Assembly (NCBI RefSeq): GCF_001194135.2
Contig: NC_068982.1
Coordinates: 34,004,290 to 34,055,230 of the forward strand
Direction of reading: 5' to 3'
Source of the DNA: Octopus bimaculoides
Taxonomy: Eukaryota
DNA: 50,941 bases
The notes under the pieces are model-generated. The model had not been told where the DNA came from. It did no database searches and saw nothing but the letters and a program-made list of their open reading frames with translations. Of the stretch, positions 1 through 11,400 are shown one piece after another. Made by a program: the position numbers and the translations under genes. The stretch's first letter is position 1. Every line of letters starts with the position of its first letter.

Positions 1-45
<45 letters not shown>

Positions 46-80
46 ATACACACACTTACACATACAAACATACACACACA
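1..80. repeat. (CA)n microsatellite
   Basis: Direct: long CA run at the window start. Many more (TA)n, (TATG)n, (CA)n and (GAT)n tracts occur, e.g. 450-630, 1243-1515, 2278-2492, 4920-5200, 8245-8430, 16600-16705. Confidence 0.95.
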
Positions 81-448
81 TATAGATTCAAAATAACAAA
101 GAACATTCTGTTCCTAATTCAACTCCAGATTTTTTCAACTAACTCAGATATATATAAAAGCATAAACTGTAGATAAATCATTCATGATGAATCTCTCAAA
201 ATTAGGTGAAATGACTAAATAATTAATTACCTAAAAATCTGACTACCTCCTTTTTCTTTATAATAAAAATCTGCACACCAAACAATCTATACATACATAC
301 ATGCATGCATGCATGCATACATACATACATACATCCATACATACATGGGGCTATAGCAGAAGACACATACCAAGTTACCACACAATGGGACTGAACCCAG
401 GACTATGTGTTTTGGAACCAATTTTCTTACCACACAGCCACACCTGCA

Positions 449-526
<78 letters not shown>

Positions 527-674
527 TACATATGTATGTATCTATGTATATATATATATGTATGCATGTGTATATATATATGTATGTATATATGTATGTA
601 TATGTATATATATATGTATAAATATATGTATGCATTTGCCATGATAGATCACTAACTATTACACACATTTTTTT

Positions 675-822
675 CTCTCCTTGTTTCTTTCCATGTTCCT
701 TTCTGTAGAAGAGCGTAGGCTCGAAATGTTAAAGACTTTCTCAATTCCCAAGCGTTATACTAATACATTTATTTGTTTTCAACACCACCTATCTTTGTCT
801 GTTGTTTTTTGTGAATTTTCCC
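675..822 (+). mobile_element. Penelope-like element terminal fragment carrying a degenerate minimal hammerhead-like core
   Basis: TAGAAGAG-CGTAGGCT-CGAAA at 706-726 resembles the CTGANGA-G...C-GAAA core of PLE-associated hammerheads. The surrounding sequence resembles a repeat I recall from octopus genomes; not database-verified. Confidence 0.4.
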
Positions 823-1450
823 TATATATATATATATATATGTATGTATNNNNNNNNNNNNNNNNNNNNNNNNNNNNNNNNNNNNNNNNNNNNNNNNNNN
901 NNNNNNNNNNNNNNNNNNNNNNNNNNNNNNNNNNNNNNNNNNNNNNNNNNNNNNNNNNNNNNNNNNNNNNNNNNNNNNNNNNNNNNNNNNNNNNNNNNNN
1001 NNNNNNNNNNNNNNNNNNNNNNNNNNNNNNNNNNNNNNNNNNNNNNNNNNNNNNNNNNNNNNNNNNNNNNNNNNNNNNNNNNNNNNNNNNNNNNNNNNNN
1101 NNNNNNNNNNNNNNNNNNNNNNNNNNNNNNNNNNNNNNNNNNNNNNNNNNNNNNNNNNNNNNNNNNNNNNNNNNNNNNNNNNNNNNNNNNNNNNNNNNNN
1201 NNNNNNNNNNNNNNNNNNNNNNNNNNNNNNNNNNNNNNNNNNCATATACATCTATATATATATACATCTCTATATATATACATTACAATAGAGAGATGTT
1301 ATATGTATGTATGTATGTATGTATGTACGTATGTATGTATGCATGTATGTATGTATATGTATGTATGTATATGTATGTATATGTATGTATATGTATGTAT
1401 AATAGTATGTATATGTATATATGTATAAATATATATATGCATCTATAATT

Positions 1451-1481
<31 letters not shown>

Positions 1482-1616
1482 GTATGCATGTATGTATGTA
1501 TGCCTGTATATATGTGAGATAATAGTTCCACTTAATAGTTTCAGTATTAATAGTGAAACTATTAAAGTATCTGACAATACAATAGCGAGATATTATTGTT
1601 TCATTTTTGACACAAT

Positions 1617-1830
1617 ACTAGAATAGTGGAAGAGATAAAAGATTGCTCTGGGCTTGCATTAGGCAAGAAATTGAAAATGTTTTTGGCCCATGACACTACT
1701 TGGACCCTATGTAAGGTATGTATAAAATTTGAATGAAATCGGTTGTGTACTTCTCGAGTTTCAGGGATTCATACAGACAGACGCACACACACACACACGC
1801 ATACACATTCTCATCTTTATATATATAGAT
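1617..1830 (-). mobile_element. Possible non-autonomous Helitron-type element (decayed)
   Basis: Minus strand starts A|TCTATATATATAAAGATGAGAATGTG and ends CTAG|T (+ strand ACTAG at 1617-1621). It contains the AAATCGGTTG...ACAGACAGAC block typical of such elements. The subterminal hairpin is not clear. Confidence 0.35.
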
Positions 1831-2423
1831 TATTAATAATAATAACAATCAGGAAATATTAATAGTAAGAACGACAATGATAGGCGTGGTGATAAAGTAG
1901 CAGGTATAGTAGTAAACCAATGAAGTAGGAATGACCAAACTAGAAACATTAATTACAGTAAATTGATCTTAAGAACTTAAAAGTGATGAATAGTAGTATA
2001 GCCTACATTTATGGTAATTAATTCCTCCCTTTGACCGGTATGGTCAAAAGGTTAATTCAAGCTAATTTTTCTAGTTGGAATTATTTTCCATTTTGAAGAA
2101 ATCCAAATAGTAGTCAAAATGCACTGAAGAAACCTTTGATGGATCATAACGAACTCCAAGATGATGCACCCTGATAGCAGCGGAAACGTTATGTTAGTGA
2201 AAATATAAGAAACTGAATGACTGCATAAATAAGAAATTGGATATTCTCTATTCTCTGTTTTTCTTCAACTGATTCAGTATGTATGTATGTATGTATGTAT
2301 GTATGTATGTATGTATGTATGTATGTACGTATGTATGTATGTATGTATGTATGTATGTATGTATGTATATGTGTATGTATGTGTGTGTGTGTGTGTCTGT
2401 ATGTATGTATATGTGTGTATGTA

Positions 2424-2492
<69 letters not shown>

Positions 2493-2495
<3 letters not shown>

Positions 2496-2651
2496 AAAAT
2501 TACATAGAAATATCTTTTTTTTTTATTCAATATATATTTATACATCATCATCATCATCATCATCGAAAGCGGACGTTAAACGATGATGATGATGATGATG
2601 ATGTATAAATATATATTGAATAAAAAAAGATATTTCTATGTAACTTTGGTA
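2493..2651. repeat. Near-perfect fold-back palindrome (arms about 72 bp, 15-nt loop)
   Basis: Direct: 2493-2565 is the reverse complement of 2581-2651 except for one substitution and a poly-T length difference. Confidence 0.9.
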
Positions 2652-2713
2652 AATATATCTGTTATTTCCATTTTTGCATAATTTAGACGACAGTTTATTC
2701 ACCGCACCCTGTA

Positions 2714-2750
<37 letters not shown>

Positions 2751-4704
2751 GTGTGTGTGTGTGTGTAATAAATATAAATTATAATAAAATTTGAAATACT
2801 GAGTGGTCCTGTCACACTGTGAGCCTTTAAAATGTCACATCTTTAGCTATTGCCTAAAATCACTCCTGAACATAAGTGAGTACTCTTGCTCTCTGGATAG
2901 CATTGGGAACAACTTCCCTGTTACCCTCTCTAATGCTGTCAAAAGATTTCAGCTCTCCACTGCAAGCTAACAAACTCTAGTTCATTATATTCTGCTCTTA
3001 CTTCAGTTAATTGTATTTTAGTTAGTTGTACTCTGCTCTCATTCTAGTTAGTTGTATTCTAGCTAATTGCACTCTAGTTAGTTATATCCTTCTCTCACTC
3101 TAGTTAGTTCTTCCTGAATTAGTTACACTCTGCTCTCTCTTTTTAAAACTTTTGAGCTGTAGTTTATTCCATATCTAGCTAAATTGATTGAACTAGCAAC
3201 ATATAAGCATTATGGTCACTGGTCTATATCAGAACTAAGGATGGGATATGAATACTGACCTTTTAGCAATAACGCAGTTAGCTATGAATCTAACATGTAT
3301 AGTTCACCCTACCAATCATTATCTTGCAGCGTTATATTTTAAGTATGGTCTATACTTATATAGCTTTAGATATGAAATTATAACATGATATTGTGTGAGG
3401 TATTTATGATCAAAATGTTATCTCTATTTATGGCATGTTATAAAGATGTCAAAAGGACAGTCTTATTTAGTAAAGTTTAGTTTTATGAACATATGGTAAG
3501 TACCGAGTGAAGTGTTACTGAGATACTGGAGAAGCAATTAAATATAAATGATTACAGGGTAACTATTCAAAACTTGCTGACATATTGCAGAAACCTTAAA
3601 ATATGAGATGAGACAATAGATTAGCAATTAGAGGAGAATTACACCTTACTGCATAGGAACCAGATATTCTTGATTTTGTGCATGTACACTTGAGACACAG
3701 AAACAGAGTTAGTTCATTTTTGACAGTGAAGTACTTTCCAGAATCCCCCACATTTTATATGGTGTAGTGGTTAGTCCACATTACTTAGTAAGGAGCTTAG
3801 GGCCAGTTTCCTGGTTTCTCTGGTGTATATCTTTCCTGGACAGGATGCCAGTCCATCACAGGATTACTCATTTTTTCTAGCTGAGTGGACTGGAGTGACA
3901 TGCATTGAAGTGTTTTTCTCAAGAACACAACTTATTGCCCAATCCAGGAATTGAAACCACACTCTTATGATCATGAGTCCAACACCTTCACTAGTAAGCC
4001 ATACACCTCCTTGTTTGTACTACTATGATGTAGTTCACACATTTTATTTTTACTGGCCAATAGATAGAGTCTGCATGAATTGATTTGCATATGATTATCA
4101 TGGTGATTATGTTACTAGCAAAAATTCAATCAGTGCAATAAGGGTTAAGCTGTTGGTGGTGTTAGTGGGAGTGTTGGCAGTTACGATAAAGGCAGGGTGG
4201 TTATGATAATGATGAAGAAGAGGAGGAAAATGATAGTAGTAGGGGGTAGTTATGAGGATGATATTGGTCGTAGTGATGGTAATGGTAGTAGTGTTGATAG
4301 TGATGGTGGTAGTAGCAGTGGCAGGTGGGGGAATGGTAGAGATGATAATGATTTCAAACTGGCACAGTGACACAAATTTGGTGGGGAATATGGGAATAGA
4401 TGATTATATGACCCCAGTACTTGTCTGATACTTATTTTGTCAGTCTTGAAAGGATGAAATGCAAATGATAGTACTGATAATGATGGTGGTGGTGGTGGTG
4501 GTGATGATGATGATGACGACAATGACATTGATGACAATTGATGTCAACAATGATGACAATAATAACAAATTCTCTGATGGTATCCTTGCTTATTGTCTGC
4601 ATCAATAAGAAGAATTTTGTGAGACTGAAGTCTTTGAAGTGAATGTAAAAGAATATATTTTTGAACAATAACTTCTCATTTGTCTTCCTTTTCTATATCG
4701 TCAG

Positions 4705-4796
4705 AAAAACTCGAGTATTCTTGAAGTATGCACATATAGGACAGCTAGATGATGAAATGAATACTGTTAATTCAGCTGCAATCCAGGTGCAACGAG
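4705..4796 (+). CDS. Myosin exon: converter end and start of IQ ([30 protein letters not shown])
   Basis: Pyrimidine tract + TCAG acceptor, GTAAA donor; matches the myosin GKTKVFLK motif. Confidence 0.88.
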
Positions 4797-4948
4797 GTAA
4801 ATTATCAATTTATTAAGATATCTGAAATTCAAAATTCTAATAACACATATAATATGATAACACTCGATTGAAGTCAAACCAATTACTTTAGTATAAATTT
4901 AGTAATTTTCTTTCTTTCTGTCTATCTATCTACCTATCTATCTGTCTG

Positions 4949-4990
<42 letters not shown>

Positions 4991-5007
4991 AGTTTGTCTG
5001 TCTATTG

Positions 5008-5050
<43 letters not shown>

Positions 5051-7428
5051 CATATATATATGCATATACATATATACATATTTATAAATATATATACATA
5101 CATGATGATGATGATGATGATATATACATACATCTAGATGCTTTCTCACACACACACACATATGCATATACATATATATAAACATATACAAACATACACA
5201 TATTTATGAATATATATGACGATGATGGTAATGTGTGTGTGTGTGTGTGTGCTCAATCAATAATAGGCTGTTGAGGATGTTGTTATATTGCAGTAAATCT
5301 AAATGGGATTGACTTGCATGCATAAATTTTACATCTGTTCATACATTAATTGTACCCAACAGCTTTTTATCAGGACAGACATCATTAAACATATAATTAC
5401 ATAATTGATTACTTTCTAATTAAATTAATTCAAATTAAATAAATTGAAAAGTTGTGTTGACTCAAATTAGCAGGAATCTTGTGCTATGACACAACATTAC
5501 AATTAATGCAACTTAATTTGAATTATTTAATTAAGTATCAGAATTATGTAATTATACATTTAATGATGCTTATCTTAATGAAACAGCTGTTGAGTAGAAT
5601 TAAATATGAACAGATGTAAAATTGTGTGGAATTTATGCTTTTTCACATTTATGCTATATATTTTGTAAGGAAAAGAAAAAAAGACAGTACTTTTGTTTGA
5701 GGCTATTTTTGTCTGTATGATTAGCTGGGAGAGAAAGTGTAAAACAGAGAAAAAAGAAAGATTGTAAATAAAATATGGCTTGTAATTTCAACCTAGTTGG
5801 TCTCATCAGTTTTTATGCATAAGCTTCTTTGAACCATCCATGCTAGACTGTATAGATTTTGTTTTCCGATCTGGTATGGATTGGACGAAACTCCATGAGA
5901 TAGTATTCTGTGACCAGAATGCCTTGTCTAATACCAACTCTTATTTTATATTTGAAAACAAAGTACTTATTTCACATCTTTACATGTCAAACAAAGTGAA
6001 TCGTTAGACATTTTGTTTATACCAGAAGATAAATAACTTCACTGTTGCCCAAGTAGTGTCAATCCAAATACAAGCAGAGACAAGCATGTGCACACTCACT
6101 CATATATAATCATCTTTTAAGTATATTTATTACTCATAACCCATTCAATATTGGTATTCTAGTATTTACTGTCAAGCTGTCAATTTTGTAACATTAAGTA
6201 AATGAGTTGTGCCTTATACAATTTTATTTACCTTTTAATAATGAGTAACCTTGTGATACTTATCAAGCTGTGGAAACAAGATTGCACCGGTGGTGATCTG
6301 GCAGATTTATTCAAGAGTCAGATAAAATAATATATTCACGAGTCAGAATGAGAGTCAGATAGAATGGTGTATTTAAGAATCAGATTGAATAATTTGTTTG
6401 AGAGTCAGATAGTATGATTCATTTGCAAGTTTGATAGAAAGATTTATTTGAAAATCAGACTAAATGATTTATTTGAGTCAGAAAGATTTATTTTAAAGTC
6501 AGAAGGAATGATTTATTTGAGAGTCAGACAGAATGATTTATTCAAGAGTTAGATAGAATTATTTATTTGAGGGTCAGATAGAATGCTTTTTCACATTTTC
6601 TGAAGTATAATCAAAGCCAGTGTTTTGTTTAGGCTCAAAGGTCCAGGTACTTCTGCCTTGCAAGATACCACATGTTGAAACACTGGTATCCCAAAATCCC
6701 TTGCACCAACAAGCCAAGTGTGTTATGAACACACTGTTGAGTAAAAGAGAAAAGTTGTTCTCCTGTGACGTACACCACAGTAACTAGCATATTTGTATTT
6801 GAATCTTTCAGAAAATACTAAGAACAATATAAGAATAAATTCCAAGAATAAATACAAATAAATATCATCATTTCAAATCTCACTGTATGTACTATACATA
6901 CATATATATAATTTCATACATATTTTAGATATATATAATTTTTTTAATTAAAATTTCAATAATTTAATTTTTTTATTTTCTAAACTTTTATTTATCATTT
7001 TTGTTTTAATAATCTTTTGAATAGTGGCTCGGGGTTTTGTGGCACGAAGAAAATATAAGGATCTCCAAGAAAAGAAGAGAAAGTACCAAATGGAACTGGA
7101 TGAACTTGCTAAATCAGTTACAGAGCATGGAGACAATGTCTACGAAGAGGTACAAGCAAGCAACAAATATAACAAATATGACAGAAGTAAGAATACATAT
7201 TGCCTGAGAATCTTTATAAATTGGGCAATATAAAAATAGATTTTAATACTTTTCTTTTTCTTTTCTTTTGTGAAAGTTTCTCCACATAGACCATGTAGTT
7301 TCAGGTTCAGTCCCACTGTGTGACACCTTGGCAAGTGTCCTCCACTCTACAGTAGCCATGGGCTAACCAATTCCTTGTGAATGAATTTAGTAAATGGAAA
7401 TTGTGTGGAATTCCAGCATGCATGCATG

Positions 7429-7459
<31 letters not shown>

Positions 7460-8243
7460 GCACACATACATACATACACACATACACACATACATACATA
7501 ACCTAGGCATTGCAGCACAAGAAAAAAACAAACAGAACGGTTGGAAGTAGTGCCTAAACGGAAGAAATATTAAACTTCCCTAGGAGGAAAATCTCAAAAA
7601 GTGACATGTGATGAAAGAAAAATAAATAAAAATAAATAAAAATAATATTAACTTCCAATGGAAGTCAATTTCAAAGGGGGAAATGTTGTGGTGAGAGTCA
7701 TTGACACCCTTGGGGGATTAGAAGAATGGACTAGCCAAACTCTTATAAAGAGTAGCGTATTAGTTGAGATGAAGAGGTCGGTAGGAGTTGTTGAGAGAGC
7801 ATTTTGGAGTCTTGCAAAGCATGTCATGCGAACACATTGATTTTACCTCTGCTCTGTTAAATTATATATCCCACTTTTGTCTAGGATATAAAAGTAAGTC
7901 GGATCTATTAATATAAATATCTATATATCTATACTTAAATATTCATTGTATTAAAATCTCCATTTTTTGCTTTCTCACATTTTGCATGTATACATATATA
8001 CATATTTTATATTTCACACCCAAACTGTTATATTTACTATATCTAATTTGTTTATCTACATAATTGCCTCCATATCTGCTCAACTTCATCCCTCTTATAG
8101 CCATTCTTTACCCCATGGAATTGATCCCCTGTAAAGACATCAGAGTCTACGTTTGATTCAATTGAGCACTACTAAGTGTCTTCTATACTGAGAATCTCTG
8201 GATCTCATTTGTTGACTATAGACAGACAGATAGATACTCATAC

Positions 8244-8341
<98 letters not shown>

Positions 8342-8370
8342 ATGTATATATCATATTTAATATATTTATG

Positions 8371-8434
<64 letters not shown>

Positions 8435-11400
8435 ATAGTATATAATATATAATAACATGTAATATACTTCTATTTGAACATATTTAGATAATCATCCAGA
8501 AAAATACCATGCACCTGACGATGAGAAACCAGCCAAGGTAATCTTGTTTCTTCATTGCACCCTCTATTTATCTCTGTCTTTCTCACACACACACACACAC
8601 ACACACACATATGTTAACCTTAAGCCACATTTACTTCTAGTAGTGAAATTTAAAAAAAAAACAAAGAATGGAAACTGCAATTTAAGTTATTTATTTGCAG
8701 CCAGAGCCATCAGATGAAGGCTTTAAATCAAGCCGACGTGAAGCCCACACTTCATCTTTGAAATCAGTTGATTGGTTTGTCAAAACTCAGGTGGATGAAG
8801 TGAAAAACACTTCAGGAGATTTTGCAGTTTGGTTTCATGGCATTATAAGTCGCAGGTAAATCTGTAATCTTTATCATTAAATTTCTTTTTTGAAAAATGT
8901 TATATCCTGAATAAATTTGGAGTTTGCTTTATTCTTTCAGTTTTGATTTACATATTTACAGTTGCATAAAATTTCCATTTTAGGCATAAACTTATGAGGG
9001 AAATTATTAAAAAAACATCAGAGTCAGTACATTTACCCTAAGCTCCCAATCAATCAGCTTAGTGTGGTTGCCTTTATTATATAATATGTTTAAACACAGT
9101 ATAATTACCACAGTCAAGGTTCATGGTCAAGTGGTTAAGATGTGGCACTAACAATTGCAAGAATGTGGTTTTGATTCTCCAACTGGCAGTATGTTGTGTT
9201 TGTGAGCAAAACACTTCATTTCATATTGCTCCAGACCACTCAGTTGCAAATGGTTTACCCTGTGATGGACTGGTGCCTCAGTCAGGTGGAATGTTGACCT
9301 GCCCACCTAATCAATGAGGTGGCATCGTTTGAAAGCTACAACAATGCAAGGAAGTGTCTTGTGACCAGTGATGTATTACCACATCCAACAATCTGGTTGA
9401 TACGATACAATAATAGTTACCACAGCTGAATAGATTAGAAAATTAAAACCACGTGAGTTACAAGAAAAAAATGAGCCTGTAAGCAAGTTGTAAATAAAGG
9501 TAACTGAAAAAAACTTGTAAATATATTAATGGGAACATAATGGAGATAAAAGACAACATATTTTAACTATTTAACCTACTCAAACTATACAACAGTTCAT
9601 ACATATAGCATGCTAATCAGTCAGCTTATATTTATTAGATTACACCACTGAAATATCTTATTATATTGTATACTCAAGATTAAAAACCATAGATTAATTA
9701 AAAATCAAAGCTACATCCATATTTCACAGATGGAGTTAAAACATGAAATAATATTTTTTTTTTTTTCAGAAAATCAGAAGAACTATTAGAGAATTGTTGT
9801 CTTGGGGCTTTTCTTGTGAGAGTCAGTGAAAGTCGATTTGGTTACTCCTTATCAATCAGGTAAGGATAGTTCTGTTTAATTCTCAATATACTTTCAAAAA
9901 CAATTGAAATAGTGGAGATGACATAAAAGATAGAGACAAAAAAACTAGGTATTGCTTTAAAATAATACCTAATATGTTGACCCCAGAGTCACTGCTCATG
10001 ACAATATTGGCTAAGATTACTAGCATTATTCTAGAACAAGTCGTCGTCGTCGTTTAACGTCCGCTTTCCATGCTAGCATGGGTTGGACGATTTGACTGAG
10101 GACTGGTGAAACCAGATGGCTACACCAGGCTCCAATCTGATTTGGCAGTGTTTCTACAGCTGGATGCCCTTCTTAACGCCAACCACTCAGAGAGTGTAGT
10201 GGGTGCTTTTACGTGTCACCCGCACGAAGGCCAGTCAGGCGGTACTGGCAACGGCCACGCTCATCTTGCTCGAGAAACCTCATGTGTCACCCGCACAAGA
10301 GCCAGTCCAGGGGCACCAGCAACGATCTCGCTCGAAAATCCTACAACAATTATAAACATTTGTAATGAAATACATCTGAATCAGTTAATGACATAACTGT
10401 GTGTGTGAGTGCATGCATGTACATGTGTGTGTATGATGGTGGGGTGGAGAGAGAGTATGCATGCATATGTGTATGCATTTGTTTGCCAATTAGTTCTTTT
10501 CTTTAAAAAAAAAGTTAGTTTAGCTCAAACGGCACTGCACCTTACCAATAAAGTCAGTCACTTCAAGGGGAAGAAGTTAAGTGTACTGCTTGGTCCTTAT
10601 CCAGACAGGAATATAGAATGTCTGAAATGCCAGACAAGATTACTCTTGAGCATTTTGCAGAGCTGCTAACTAGGACTACTGAACTATCAAACAAGAATAA
10701 TTCGAGAAAACAAATGTTTCTGACTTTTGGTTCAAGGTCTGTGATGGCACCTGTGCCCAGCGTCGCCTTTCTGGCACTTGTGCCCGCGGCATGTGTAAGG
10801 ACTTTCGAGCGAGATTTTTGCCAGTGCCCCTGGACTGGCTCTTGTGCAGGTGGCACATAAAATAAACCATTTTGAGCGTGGCCGTTGCCAGTACTGCCTG
10901 ACTGGCCTTCGTGTCGGTGGCATGTAAAAAGCACCCACCACACTCTCTGAGTGGTTGGCGTTAGGAAGGGCATCCAGCTGTAGAAACTCTGCCAAATCAG
11001 ATTGGAGCCTGGTGTAGCCATCTGGTTTCACCAGTCCTCAGTCAAATCGTCCAACCCATGCTAGCATGGAAAGCGGACGTTAAACGACGATNNNNNNNNN
11101 NNNNNNNNNNNNNNNNNNNNNNNNNNNNNNNNNNNNNNNNNNNNNNNNNNNNNNNNNNNNNNNNNNNNNNNNNNNNNNNNNNNNNNNNNNNNNNNNNNNN
11201 NNNNNNNNNNNNNNNNNNNNNNNNNNNNNNNNNNNNNNNNNNNNNNNNNNNNNNNNNNNNNNNNNNNNNNNNNNNNNNNNNNNNNNNNNNNNNNNNNNNN
11301 NNNNNNNNNNNNNNNNNNNNNNNNNNNNNNNNNNNNNNNNNNNNNNNNNNNNNNNNNNNNNNNNNNNNNNNNNNNNNNNNNNNNNNNNNNNNNNNNNNNN

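Noticed and set aside
301-2608. Many ORFs of YI/MYVC/HTHT type in the ORF track (also 4982-5191, 8176-8445, 19301-19605, 20353-20744)
   Set aside because: Translations of (TA)n, (TATG)n and (CA)n microsatellites or N runs; no coding signal.
3511-3558. SVTEILEKQLNINDYR with a GT donor, resembling the sequence expected just before GKTRVFLK
   Set aside because: It ends in phase 0 while exon 4705 needs phase 2, there is an in-frame TGA at 3508-3510, and there is no pyrimidine-rich acceptor. Left unresolved rather than called; RNA-seq would settle it.
6303-6595. CRISPR-like appearance of the 25-bp array
   Set aside because: Units are contiguous and degenerate with no unique spacers, the context is eukaryotic, and there are no cas genes.
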